Source: an uncultured Verrucomicrobiae bacterium
Lineage (GTDB): Bacteria > Verrucomicrobiota > Verrucomicrobiia > Chthoniobacterales > UBA10450
Length of the DNA stretch: 64,000 bases
Direction: 5' to 3'
Assembly: GCA_963735805.1 (NCBI GenBank)
Contig: CAVTMK010000001.1
Location: 96,001 to 160,000, forward strand
The notes under the pieces were generated by a model, which had not been told where the DNA came from, made no database searches, and saw only the letters and a list, made by a program, of their open reading frames with translations. Position numbers and translations under genes: made by a program. Shown one piece after another: positions 21,193 through 30,787 of the stretch (its first letter is position 1; each line of letters starts with the position of its first letter).

Positions 21193-22878
21193 TCAGATCA
21201 CGCCAAACGTTCCGCGAGCGCGTGCATCGGAAACGGGTCTGACAGGCGAAATTTTGACGACGTTTTCCGGATCGTAATCAATCAACTTAAGCCAGTCTTC
21301 GGTAATGTCCGTGGTCGGAAAAATATCGTTCTCCATATACTCCGCATTAAAGGCGAGCTGCAAATCCGTCTCACGAAGTCCCTCCTCTTGTTGGGTGGCG
21401 ATGGCCCGTTTGATCGCCATCGCTTTCGCGCGCTCTACGATCGAGGCAATGATCGCGCCACTGATAAGATCACTGCGGTAAAGCGTCTCCTTGCGTCCGC
21501 TGCGCAGTGTCACCTCAAGAAATTTGTTTTCGTCGCGGCGCGTAAACTGCCATTCCACAAAGCGCTCGATTAGACGATCGATGGATGCGCTCATTCCATC
21601 AGCTTCCTTGGCAAGCACACCGTCGTAAGGAAGGGTATCCGTAAGGTAGATACGATAAATTTCCCGCGTGCCGTGCTTGTCTGGTCGGTTAACTTTTATT
21701 TTTCGATCGATCCGGCCCGGCCGCAGAATTGCTGGATCGATCAGATCGGCGCGATTGGAAGCGAGGATAATGACGACGTCGTTGAGTGAATCGATTCCAT
21801 CCATCTCCGAGCAAAACATGGGAACCAACGTCGAGAGAATGTTCGAATGACGCGACGCGCGGCGCGTGCCGAGAATCGATTCGGCCTCGTCGATGAATAA
21901 AAATGGCATAAAGCCTTCACCGCGTTTCTCGCGGGCGGTAGCAAAAATCTCGCGCACCATCCGTTCGGACTCACCCACCCACATGTTCAGAATTTCGGGG
22001 CCCTTGACGTGCATGAAGTATTCCTGCATGTCAGCGGCCGTTTTTTCCCGAAGCTGTCTGGTCAAATTGTAAGCCGTCGCCTTTCCAATCAGGGTCTTCC
22101 CACAACCCGGCGGTCCGTAAAGCAGAAAACCTTTGGGCGTGGCGTGCTGAAATTTTTGAAAAAGATCGGCATGCAAAAGTGGGAGCTCAATCGCATCTTT
22201 GATTGCCTGCAGCGCCGCTTCCTGGCCGCCCACCTTTTCCCATGGCAACTCGGGAACGTTGTCGAGAAAATGTTCCTGAGATTTGGGGCTCGAGAGCATT
22301 TCTAACGCCATGCGATAGTTTGAGTCGACACGAACTTCGTCGCCTGATTTCAAGGTCGAGTCGGTAAGATCGGCGGAACGCTGCAACACCATCGATTGCA
22401 ATCCGTGTTCCGAACCTACCCGCAGGCGATCTTTGCCAAGCACTTCTGTGACTTTTGTCACTGGGCCCGCTGTCTCAAATCCGAGATCTCCAACAATAAC
22501 GAATGCTTCGTTGACCAGGACACGCGTTCCCTTTTTCAGCTTTGCGAGCGGAATGCGCGGATCGACGTTGCAGTAGTAATCGGCGCCGCCCACCACGATG
22601 TGGGCTGTGTCTTTCGAAATGGCTCCGAGAAATGTGCCGATCCGGTTTGCAGGCGAAGTCACTTTCTTAATGACCTCCTCCAGTTTCTCGATCATTCGGC
22701 GCGCTTCGACCATCGTCTCCTCTTGGTCGGCAATCTGCGGACGTATTTCCAACAGATCGCGCCGAACCGGATCGCCCGGAGGCAACAACGCAATCACTTG
22801 ATCAAATGAATCGAGGAGATTGCCCGGGCCCGAGTCCCCAACCCCGTCCTGAAGTCCCTCGCTGCGCTCGTCACTCAT
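21193..22878 (-). CDS. arc: Proteasome-associated AAA ATPase (ARC/Mpa-like)
   Basis: N-terminal coiled coil and OB region, GPPGCGKT, KGPEILNMWVGESER, FIDEAES, DPAILRPGRIDRKI; adjacent to dop. Confidence 0.9.
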   Translation of the reverse strand: MSDERSEGLQDGVGDSGPGNLLDSFDQVIALLPPGDPVRRDLLEIRPQIADQEETMVEARRMIEKLEEVIKKVTSPANRIGTFLGAISKDTAHIVVGGADYYCNVDPRIPLAKLKKGTRVLVNEAFVIVGDLGFETAGPVTKVTEVLGKDRLRVGSEHGLQSMVLQRSADLTDSTLKSGDEVRVDSNYRMALEMLSSPKSQEHFLDNVPELPWEKVGGQEAALQAIKDAIELPLLHADLFQKFQHATPKGFLLYGPPGCGKTLIGKATAYNLTRQLREKTAADMQEYFMHVKGPEILNMWVGESERMVREIFATAREKRGEGFMPFLFIDEAESILGTRRASRHSNILSTLVPMFCSEMDGIDSLNDVVIILASNRADLIDPAILRPGRIDRKIKVNRPDKHGTREIYRIYLTDTLPYDGVLAKEADGMSASIDRLIERFVEWQFTRRDENKFLEVTLRSGRKETLYRSDLISGAIIASIVERAKAMAIKRAIATQQEEGLRETDLQLAFNAEYMENDIFPTTDITEDWLKLIDYDPENVVKISPVRPVSDARARGTFGVI

Positions 22879-23082
22879 TTATGGTTTGGGTCGATCCGCC
22901 GAACCGTTTTTCACTATACTGCTATCGATCTCGTTCGCAATCTTCACTCGTGAAAGTTTTCGGAGTTCGACGCTGTCCCCATATAAAATGTTCAACCATT
23001 ATGTCGATTTCGTGTTGCGCAAAAGCCTCTTCTCCATGAGTTGCGACTGAAGACAGCCGCCTCTACAATTTGGTCTTCACGA

Positions 23083-23156
23083 GGAGCCTTAGCTCAATTG
23101 GTTAGAGCGCCGCCCTGTCACGGCGGAGGTTGCGGGTTCGAGCCCCGTAGGCTCCG
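23083..23156 (+). tRNA. tRNA-Asp (GTC)
   Basis: GGAGCCT/AGGCTCC acceptor stem, CTGTCAC anticodon loop, GGTTCGAGCC T arm. Confidence 0.97.
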
Positions 23157-23280
23157 GATCTTCCGATCAACTGTTTCCGCTGCCCCCGGTAACTGGCTTT
23201 ATAGCTTAGAAAGAAAAACGGAAAGCGCGCAAACCGAGAGGAGGACAACAACGGGCAGAAGAATTTACCCAAGTAGAAAA

Positions 23281-23601
23281 TCAACGTCGCATGATGTGAA
23301 TCGACAGGATACGGCTTTGATGACGGGCGAGTAGATAATCGACGAAGTCCCCGATAATTGAGTTTGGCTTATTGCCAAGCTTTGTCACAACCCGGCAGAT
23401 CAGCGTGCTACTGCGCGCGTGCCATTCCAGATTGATCGCGCCGTGCGCGGTCTCACTATGAATTTTAGCCCAGCCGTGAGGCCGACCGGGCCGCTGATGT
23501 TCAGCGGGAATCAGATTAAACCGCCGGAGTTGAGCATCTGTCATAATCTTTTCCCGCAACGACCCACGCCCGGTAGTGATGACTTGGATCACCGTCTGCA
23601 T
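23281..23601 (-). CDS. Hypothetical protein
   Basis: 106-aa ATG ORF co-oriented with its neighbours. Confidence 0.7.
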   Translation of the reverse strand: MQTVIQVITTGRGSLREKIMTDAQLRRFNLIPAEHQRPGRPHGWAKIHSETAHGAINLEWHARSSTLICRVVTKLGNKPNSIIGDFVDYLLARHQSRILSIHIMRR

Positions 23602-23658
23602 TTACCTAGGTTCAACAGGAAATCATCTCCTTTGCAATGTTTGTTTCGAGCAAACCCG

Positions 23659-24156
23659 CTAAGCCTGGTCTGCAAGAAGCGAACGATACATCACGTAAAC
23701 GTCCACGTATCCCTTTTCGGTATGACGAAATGCGCCTGGCAAAGTGCCGACGATTTTGAACCCGAGCTTTTGCCAAAGACGAACCGCGGATGCGTTTGTT
23801 GAAATAACAAAATTAAACTGCATCGCGCGAAAACCGAACCGGCGCGCCTCGATCAAACAATGCTCGGCCATCGCGTGACCAACTCTCTGACCTTGCGCAT
23901 CGGGAGCAACCATGAACGCCGCGTTCGCAACGTGCGATCCGCCGCCGGACTGATTAGGTCTCAATATGTAAGTGCCTACAACCTGTCCGCCGGTTTCTGC
24001 GACGTACACACGAGTATTCTTTCCACACCAATACTGCAGCGCCTCCTCGCGTGAGAGATTTGGGTCAAACGCGTAGGTGTCTCCGGCGGAAACGATCTCG
24101 TGAAAGATTTCCCAGATCGCGTCACGATCCGGATGCGTTGCTGGGCGAATCTTCAT
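23659..24156 (-). CDS. GNAT family N-acetyltransferase
   Basis: IRPAT..D, HVANAAFMV...QGQRVG, AMQFNFVISTNASAVRLWQKLGF. Confidence 0.92.
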   Translation of the reverse strand: MKIRPATHPDRDAIWEIFHEIVSAGDTYAFDPNLSREEALQYWCGKNTRVYVAETGGQVVGTYILRPNQSGGGSHVANAAFMVAPDAQGQRVGHAMAEHCLIEARRFGFRAMQFNFVISTNASAVRLWQKLGFKIVGTLPGAFRHTEKGYVDVYVMYRSLLADQA

Positions 24157-24243
24157 CCTCGCAATGAAAACTGTAAGGTGACGCGGTCAGATTTCGCGGT
24201 CGAAGATCCTGTCAAAGTGCGAGCCACGCGCCGAGAGCAGCCT

Positions 24244-25317
24244 TTACCTGGTTTGAAACGTGACAGGAACCGTCGCCACCCATTCTTGACCGGGCGCCGA
24301 TTTCCACTGCCGAAGCGTGCTAAGCGCAGATTGGTCGAGCACATTATTCCCAGTTGATTGGATAATCTGGATGTTGGTCACGTTTCCCCTGGCGTTGAAA
24401 TTCAGCCGGAAGCGACCCGACCACGCTGCGCCGGGACGAGAACGTACCTCCGAAGGAAACGGTGGCGCCGGCGCGTGAATTAATCGCGGCTTAGGCGTGG
24501 GGCGAGGCGTGGGCGTAGGTGTAACGGTGGCTTGAGCAGTCTCCGGCCATCGAGGCTTGGCGTCCGGGGAGATTCGGTCCAAGAACGAGTTCATCGTGTT
24601 CGAAGGAGAAATATTCGCTTTCTCACCGCTTGATATGACCATGCCCACAACCTCACTCTTCATGTCCACAATCGGCGAACCGACAGCATCGGGCGGGAGT
24701 GTTGCCGCGATTTCCACGCGCTCCGGTTGCTGCATTGAGATTGCCGTCTGCTTAACGGCTTCGACACCCCCGGCCAGCGCGCTGCTTACTACTCCAATCC
24801 GTGTACCGCTTTCGAGGTTTGAAACCTTACTCAACGTCAGAAATGGCACATACTTCGCGTCGGCTTGAAGAATAGCCAAGTCGAGCGCGGTGGAAGTTGC
24901 GAGCACCCCGATCACATTAAAAATTCTGCCATCAGCCATCTTCGCCACAGCATTGACCCCGCCATCTATGGCGTGCGAGGTAGTAATGAATCTACCTTCA
25001 CCTGAAATAAAAAATGCAGTCTCTGTTCGTAGCAACTTGCCGGACGAATCAAACACCGTGATCGAAAAGACCGCCGGCCGAATGGTGTTCTCTACTCGCG
25101 ACAAATCCAGAGTCGATTCCTGCGCCGTCGCCGCCGGAGTCGGCGACGGCGACGGCGACGAGATCGGAGCTTGAGAGGGATTGGAACCCGCAGGTAACGT
25201 CGACTGCGCGGGCGACTGTTCACCGACAACTCGGGAAGTCGATTTTCGCCCGCATCCCGCCGTCGCCAAGATCGTCAGAAAAAGCGAGTATCCAAGGGTA
25301 AGCCGCAATAATCTCAT
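24244..25317 (-). CDS. Putative lipoprotein: trypsin-like (serine-less) domain fused to TonB C-terminal domain
   Basis: TAGC lipobox; RPAV, FITTSH, DLAIL and GSPIVD trypsin-like motifs; PTP linker; APAPPFP...GNV.NIQIIQSTGNNVLDQSAL...W.S.P TonB_C. Confidence 0.8.
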   Translation of the reverse strand: MRLLRLTLGYSLFLTILATAGCGRKSTSRVVGEQSPAQSTLPAGSNPSQAPISSPSPSPTPAATAQESTLDLSRVENTIRPAVFSITVFDSSGKLLRTETAFFISGEGRFITTSHAIDGGVNAVAKMADGRIFNVIGVLATSTALDLAILQADAKYVPFLTLSKVSNLESGTRIGVVSSALAGGVEAVKQTAISMQQPERVEIAATLPPDAVGSPIVDMKSEVVGMVISSGEKANISPSNTMNSFLDRISPDAKPRWPETAQATVTPTPTPRPTPKPRLIHAPAPPFPSEVRSRPGAAWSGRFRLNFNARGNVTNIQIIQSTGNNVLDQSALSTLRQWKSAPGQEWVATVPVTFQTR

Positions 25318-25435
25318 CGTTGGCTACGCCGAGATAGTGTGGAACAGGAAGCGCCGTCCAATCAAGCCGACAAATCGAGCCTTATGAAACAAAGCGCCAG
25401 CCAATCGCGCTCCCTTAAAACACCAAATGCGGGAT

Positions 25436-25585
25436 TCAATGCCGCTTAAAGTACTGAACTGCTCGCTCGTGTTTCTGCGCAGCGGCTTTCGTCTTGAAGG
25501 TTCCCAAATTCCTGCGCTTTCCCGTTTTTGGATTTTTCTTTCGCGAGTATAACCGGTACTTACCAGACTTAAGTTTCCTGATCAT
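25436..25585 (-). CDS. Small basic protein, 49 aa (below the ORF-track cutoff)
   Basis: MIRKLKSGKYRLYSRKKNPKTGKRRNLGTFKTKAAAQKHERAVQYFKRH; ATG to TGA, fills the gap and is co-oriented with neighbours. Confidence 0.75.
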   Translation of the reverse strand: MIRKLKSGKYRLYSRKKNPKTGKRRNLGTFKTKAAAQKHERAVQYFKRH

Positions 25586-25640
25586 GCTGTCTTGATGCTA
25601 AGGGGCAAGTCCCACTCGCCAAAGAACTCTCGCCGATTGG

Positions 25641-26069
25641 TCAGGCATTTGGCCGCGCTCGCGCTACGCTGCAATAGCAAAGGACAACCAGAACGGCGAG
25701 AATTGCTAAATCCAGAGCCAGGTGCGCGGGGAAACTCCAATTCTGGCTTGCGTGACCGAAACAGCCGCAAGTGATATCGAGGCCGCGAGCTTTTGCAGCA
25801 ATCGTAGCGACGAGGAAGATCAACACGAGCACGGTCAAAATCGACAATGCACCGCGGTAGAGGATCCGAAAAATCAGGGCGAGACCGCAGAAAATTTCCA
25901 ACCACGGCAGATAAAAAGCGAGCCCGGTCCCAATGGTCCACGGTAGAATCTTATAGTGATCAATGTCGTGAGCGAACTGGACCGGATCCATTACTTTAAG
26001 CACGCCGGCATAAATAAAAACGGCGGCGATGATAAGATCGAGGATCCGCCAGGCGAACAATTTAACCAT
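25641..26069 (-). CDS. MauE/DoxX family membrane protein
   Basis: FIYAGVLKVMDP, LPWLEIFCG, GLDITCGCFG. Confidence 0.88.
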   Translation of the reverse strand: MVKLFAWRILDLIIAAVFIYAGVLKVMDPVQFAHDIDHYKILPWTIGTGLAFYLPWLEIFCGLALIFRILYRGALSILTVLVLIFLVATIAAKARGLDITCGCFGHASQNWSFPAHLALDLAILAVLVVLCYCSVARARPNA

Positions 26070-26086
26070 TTAACGACTTAGATATC

Positions 26087-26515
26087 TTAACGATTCTTTT
26101 TTACCCAAGCTTCCCAGCCGCCTTTAAGCACGAACACATCAGGAAGCTGCGCTTCCTTGCGCAGCCGTTCGGCCACTTCGCGCGCCAGATCACAACTTTG
26201 CGCGCTGCAATAAACGACGACCTTTAGACCCGGAGACCACGCAGCTAAAAACTGCGGCAACAATTCGTTCCAGCGATCTTCGTTCAGCGAAATCGCACCG
26301 GACACGTGATCACGAGCGAACTCCACATCCGGGCGAGCATCGACCCAGATGACAGTGCCACCCCACTGCTGCGCCTGATCGACGCTCACCATTTCCGAAG
26401 GCGGAATTGGTGATTGCCAGGAAATCTGGTCGCGAAAATAGATCGCTTGCCCTATGCCGGGAAGAAGAGAGACCGCCGCAAGGATGAGCGCCTGGCGTAC
26501 CAGTAAAACTTTCAA
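26087..26515 (-). CDS. Rhodanese-like domain protein with N-terminal anchor
   Basis: WVDARP..EF...HVSGAISL, VVVYC, VFVLKGGWEAW. Confidence 0.88.
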   Translation of the reverse strand: MKVLLVRQALILAAVSLLPGIGQAIYFRDQISWQSPIPPSEMVSVDQAQQWGGTVIWVDARPDVEFARDHVSGAISLNEDRWNELLPQFLAAWSPGLKVVVYCSAQSCDLAREVAERLRKEAQLPDVFVLKGGWEAWVKKNR

Positions 26516-27267
26516 TGGGTTTGGCTAGCCGGCGCAGGCGGGCGAGCCGGCGGAGTCCCGGCGCCCTGAGCACCCGGAGCTTTCTGAATAGTCGGAGCAC
26601 CCGGCGCAAACGGCGCAGTCGGAGCAGTCGTGATGCGGGCGGTGGCGTAAAATGTCTTTGGGGAATTCTCTGATTGAATCGTCAAGGTCGAAGCCATGAG
26701 ACGGCCCGTTTCTTTGGGTTGGACGTCAACTTTGAATTGGCCGTTGCCGGTTTGCTCGACTTTGGTCTGAAAATCCGGGCTCGACGAGGTGACCTTGATA
26801 TTTTTCACAGTAAAATCCTTCCCCGCGCGAACCGTGATGGTCTTCGGATCCGGTTTTTCGTCTTTTTTCCAAAAAACGAACGTTGGACTGATCTCCAGCT
26901 CCGATGGAATCATAGCCCGAAGAGTGAGGACTGTTTTTTGATTGGCGGCCTCATCGGTTTCCACCGTGACGGTCTTAACCTGAGTGCCAGTGCGATCGCC
27001 GATGTTAAACGTCGCGGTAATCTCGCCTTTTTCACCGGGCGCAACCTGGTCTTTTTGCGATTGCGCAGCTGTGCAACCGCACGAGGCGTGGACTGACTTA
27101 AAATGAATCGGCGCCTTGCCTGTGTTCTGGTATTTGAAATGACCGATTGCCTGTTTATCGCCACGTGCCGGGTGCAGTTCAACCGAGGTTTGCTCCCATT
27201 TCAGCTCTGCGCGGGCAGTCAGGCAAAGAACGAACGACAAGGTGAAAGTGAAAATATGGGTTTTCAT
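26512..27267 (-). CDS. DUF1573 domain secreted protein
   Basis: Signal peptide; F.Y.NTG..PI....V.ASCGCT; VAPGEKGEI. Confidence 0.85.
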   Translation of the reverse strand: MKTHIFTFTLSFVLCLTARAELKWEQTSVELHPARGDKQAIGHFKYQNTGKAPIHFKSVHASCGCTAAQSQKDQVAPGEKGEITATFNIGDRTGTQVKTVTVETDEAANQKTVLTLRAMIPSELEISPTFVFWKKDEKPDPKTITVRAGKDFTVKNIKVTSSSPDFQTKVEQTGNGQFKVDVQPKETGRLMASTLTIQSENSPKTFYATARITTAPTAPFAPGAPTIQKAPGAQGAGTPPARPPAPASQTH

Positions 27268-28136
27268 TTTTTTGAATAGAAGCGCGTAATATAATCAGAG
27301 ACGGCCTCTCGCCAAGTGCGAGCTGATGTGCCCGTTAATTTTGTGTATTTCGCGACGGAGAGCACAGAATAGACAGGGCGGGGCGCGATCCAGTTGGCCA
27401 TGTTTGCCAGCTTCGTTGCACCAACGGTCCTCGCTCTGAGAGGCAGCCCGGCATCGTGGCAACAGTCCAACGCCCATTGAGCGTATTGCTGCCAACTGCA
27501 TTGTCCGGCGTTCGCAAAATGCAAGATGCCGTTTTCGACTTCTGCATCGAAAAACTGTGGCAACATCCGGGCAATGTCGAGGGTGTAACTCGGGGCAGAG
27601 AATTTGTCAGCGATTGCATCGACATCCTCACTTTCCTGTGCCCTCTTGATCATGGCGTCGATAAAGCTCGGACGATCCGGTCCAAAGACCCAGGAGACGC
27701 GTACCACCAGATTCCGATCGTGCGTAGCCAGCACATTCTTTTCTCCAGCCAGTTTCGATTGACCATAAACACTGATTGGATTCGCGTCATCTTTTTCGGT
27801 GTACGGTTCGCGCTTGGCTCCGTCGAATACGTAATCGGTGCTGAAGTGAATCAGTCTGGCATTCTTTTGGCCGCAAATCTCGGCCAGCACGCCAGGCGCC
27901 TCCGCGTTGATGAGAAATGCCCGATCGGGTTGCGTTTCGCAAAGATCGACCTTCGTGAAACCCGCTGCGTTAATCACGGTGTCAAAACCGGTGTTCGCCA
28001 GTTTTTCCCGCGCGCCGCTTAAATCCGAAAGATCCAGCTGGGTGCGATCGAAGCCGGTGACGTCAAATTTGTCGCGATATTGGCGAAACAGTGCCGCCCC
28101 AAGCCGTCCGCCTGCGCCCAGAATCAAGATTTTCAT
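27264..28136 (-). CDS. rfbD: dTDP-4-dehydrorhamnose reductase
   Basis: GAGGRLG, FTKVDLCE, HFSTDYVFDG, YGQSKLAGE, APRP.YSVL. Confidence 0.94.
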   Translation of the reverse strand: MKILILGAGGRLGAALFRQYRDKFDVTGFDRTQLDLSDLSGAREKLANTGFDTVINAAGFTKVDLCETQPDRAFLINAEAPGVLAEICGQKNARLIHFSTDYVFDGAKREPYTEKDDANPISVYGQSKLAGEKNVLATHDRNLVVRVSWVFGPDRPSFIDAMIKRAQESEDVDAIADKFSAPSYTLDIARMLPQFFDAEVENGILHFANAGQCSWQQYAQWALDCCHDAGLPLRARTVGATKLANMANWIAPRPVYSVLSVAKYTKLTGTSARTWREAVSDYITRFYSKK

Positions 28137-28188
28137 GCCTGCCTATGTATGGATAACTGCCTCGCCGGTGGTCCCCCGGCATCGAAAG

Positions 28189-29181
28189 TCACTCGTATCT
28201 TCCAGCGCGCTCAAGCAACGGCTCCCACCACGACCGGTTCTCAATGTACCACTGAATGGTTTCGTCGAGGCCTTCCTTGAAATTGCGGAGGGGCTTCCAC
28301 TTCAGCTCGCATTGCGCATATGACGAGTCGATTGCGTATCGGCGATCATGACCGAGTCTGTCGGTCACAAACGAAATCAGGCTGTGCGGCTTGCGTAGTT
28401 TATCGAGAATCATTTTTACGACGTCGATATTCACCATCTCACCGTCACCGCCGAAATTATAGATCTGGCCAGGTTTCCCCTCGAAAAGCGCCGCCACGAT
28501 GGCAGCGCAGTGGTCTGTGACATGGATCCAATCGCGCACGTTCATGCCGTCACCATAAACCGGAAGTGGTTCGTCACGGAGCGCCTTGATGATCATAAGC
28601 GGAATCAGTTTTTCTGGAAATTGATAAGGGCCGTAATTGTTCGAACAACGCGTCACCAGCACGTCCTGGCCATAGGTCCTATGACAGGCAAGCGCTAGCA
28701 GGTCGGCGCCGGCTTTGCTGGCCGAATATGGTGAACTTGGATCGAGCGGCGATTGCTCGGTGAATTTGCCGGTTGCGCCGAGCGAGCCGTAAACTTCGTC
28801 AGTCGAGACTTGAATGAAGCGCTGGACACCGTGACGGCGAGAGCAATCCAGCAGTACGCTCGGACCGATCACATTTGTATGAATGAAATTCAGGGGATCG
28901 TTAATGCTGCGATCCACGTGCGATTCAGCTGCGAAGTTGACGACGGTATAGAACTGATGCTCCGTCATCAGTGCGTCCATTTGATCGGCGTTTGCGATAT
29001 CGGCTTTGAAAAACTCGTAGCGTTCGCCATGTTCTTCGACCACGCCGTCGAGATTGGCGATGTTGCCGGCATAAGTAAGCACATCGACGTTGGTCACGTA
29101 CGCGGGCTTGTAATGTTGCAAAATATATCGAATAAAGTTGCTCCCGATGAATCCACAGCCACCGGTTACAAGGATGCGCAT
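28189..29181 (-). CDS. rfbB: dTDP-glucose 4,6-dehydratase
   Basis: VTGGCGFIGSNF, AAESHVDRSI, STDEVYG, YSASKA, NNYGPYQFPEKLIP, GHDRRYAID; ATG at 29181. Confidence 0.97.
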   Translation of the reverse strand: MRILVTGGCGFIGSNFIRYILQHYKPAYVTNVDVLTYAGNIANLDGVVEEHGERYEFFKADIANADQMDALMTEHQFYTVVNFAAESHVDRSINDPLNFIHTNVIGPSVLLDCSRRHGVQRFIQVSTDEVYGSLGATGKFTEQSPLDPSSPYSASKAGADLLALACHRTYGQDVLVTRCSNNYGPYQFPEKLIPLMIIKALRDEPLPVYGDGMNVRDWIHVTDHCAAIVAALFEGKPGQIYNFGGDGEMVNIDVVKMILDKLRKPHSLISFVTDRLGHDRRYAIDSSYAQCELKWKPLRNFKEGLDETIQWYIENRSWWEPLLERAGRYE

Positions 29182-30772
29182 GGCAGCGCGTACTAGCAGC
29201 GTCAAGCACGGCGCGCCAGCAGAATATTCTCCCGCCGGCGCGGGATTGGGGCGTTACGTGGAAGCGTGCAAAGCTCACCTGGCGGAGACAGGTTGGGCTC
29301 CCTGGCTAATCCTGGCGTTGGCAGCGTTCCTGCGATTTTTTCTACTGGGCATTAAGCCGCCGCATTTCGATGAAGGCATTAATGGCTGGTTCGTGGATCA
29401 GGTCATGCATAACGGTTTTTACAGATATGATCCGACGAATTACCACGGGCCGCTGCACTTCTATGCCCTGCTGCTGTCGGAGACTTTGTTTGGCCGAAAT
29501 GTCTGGGCCCTGCGGCTACCGGTTGTGCTGGTGAGTATCGGTTGCGTCTGGTTGACGTTGAAATTTGAGCCATTGGTTGGGCGAAACGTGAGTCGAATGG
29601 CAGCACTGGCCATGGCGGTTTCACCCGGGTTCGTCTTCTACGGGCGTTATGCGATCCACGAAGTATGGCTGGTCCTTTTCACAATGGTGTTTATTCTCGG
29701 GCTGCTTGGCCTTTGGAAAAGCGGGACGACTGGTTACCTGTGGTGCGCCGGAATGGGATTGACCGGCATGATCCTTACGAAGGAGACATACATCATCCAC
29801 GTGGTGTGCGCCGTGGTCGCAATTCCGGTGTTGATGGTTTCCAACCTACTCACTCGCCTTCCCGATGCCAAAACGGCGCGGCAAACGTGGAGCTATCTCG
29901 ATCTTGCCATGGTTATTGCCGTTGGTGTTGCCTTGGTCGTCTTTTTCTATTCGGGAGCTTTCCTTAATTGGAATGGCGTAAAGGGTCTTTATCTGGCTTG
30001 TAAAGCGTGGTTTCAAACCGGTGAAGCTGGGCATGGCCATGAAAAGCCATGGTATTATTTCCTGGAATTGACTGCGCGCTACGAATTGCCTGCCCTCGCG
30101 GGGCTGGTGCTTTGCGTATTCTGCCAGGCCTTCAAGAATTTGAGTCTCCGTTACCTTGCCATTTACGGCGTGGGAATGCTCCTGGCCTATAGTTACGTCC
30201 ATTACAAAACGCCATGGTGCATCATTAACATTGTATGGCCGTTTCTGTTTACTTTTGGCGCAGCAGCTCTGCTTGTTGTCGGCAGGTACCGTCGGGCAAT
30301 TTATGTTATATCAGCACTTTTATTGTGTTACTCGCTCGGTTCGTCAATTTCGCTGAACTATTTCCGATGCACGACCGATACTGAGCCATATGTCTATGTT
30401 CAGACTTACAACGACATGTTCAAGCTGACGAGACCGCTTCTGACGTTAGCCAAACGAAACCCGGTCTACTATCACCTGACAGGACATTTGATTCGCTCGA
30501 GCGTTTATCCGTTGCCGTGGGTTCTGGGTGATTTTGACCGGGTCGGCTATTACGAGGGAGGAAACATGCCGGCGAATCTCGACGGCGATTTTCTCCTGGT
30601 GCAGCAGGATAAAATCGCCCAGGTTGAAGCGAAATTGCATGGCGCCTATTACACGCAACCACTGCGGCTTCGGAACTATCAGGAACCCTCCAAACTCTAC
30701 CTGAGTGCCAAGGTCTTCAAAGAATTTTTCCCAGGCAAAGCACCCGATTTCGTTGGGAAAGGGCCTGGTTAA
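29180..30772 (+). CDS. TIGR03663/Agl23-like GT-C fold membrane glycosyltransferase; start codon uncertain
   Basis: PPHFDEGING, YRYDPTNYHGP, FYGRYAIHE, TKET, GHEKPWYYF, YKTPWC, PYVYVQT; polytopic. Confidence 0.8.
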   Translation: MAARTSSVKHGAPAEYSPAGAGLGRYVEACKAHLAETGWAPWLILALAAFLRFFLLGIKPPHFDEGINGWFVDQVMHNGFYRYDPTNYHGPLHFYALLLSETLFGRNVWALRLPVVLVSIGCVWLTLKFEPLVGRNVSRMAALAMAVSPGFVFYGRYAIHEVWLVLFTMVFILGLLGLWKSGTTGYLWCAGMGLTGMILTKETYIIHVVCAVVAIPVLMVSNLLTRLPDAKTARQTWSYLDLAMVIAVGVALVVFFYSGAFLNWNGVKGLYLACKAWFQTGEAGHGHEKPWYYFLELTARYELPALAGLVLCVFCQAFKNLSLRYLAIYGVGMLLAYSYVHYKTPWCIINIVWPFLFTFGAAALLVVGRYRRAIYVISALLLCYSLGSSISLNYFRCTTDTEPYVYVQTYNDMFKLTRPLLTLAKRNPVYYHLTGHLIRSSVYPLPWVLGDFDRVGYYEGGNMPANLDGDFLLVQQDKIAQVEAKLHGAYYTQPLRLRNYQEPSKLYLSAKVFKEFFPGKAPDFVGKGPG

Positions 30773-30787
30773 ACAACGCTCATTTCG

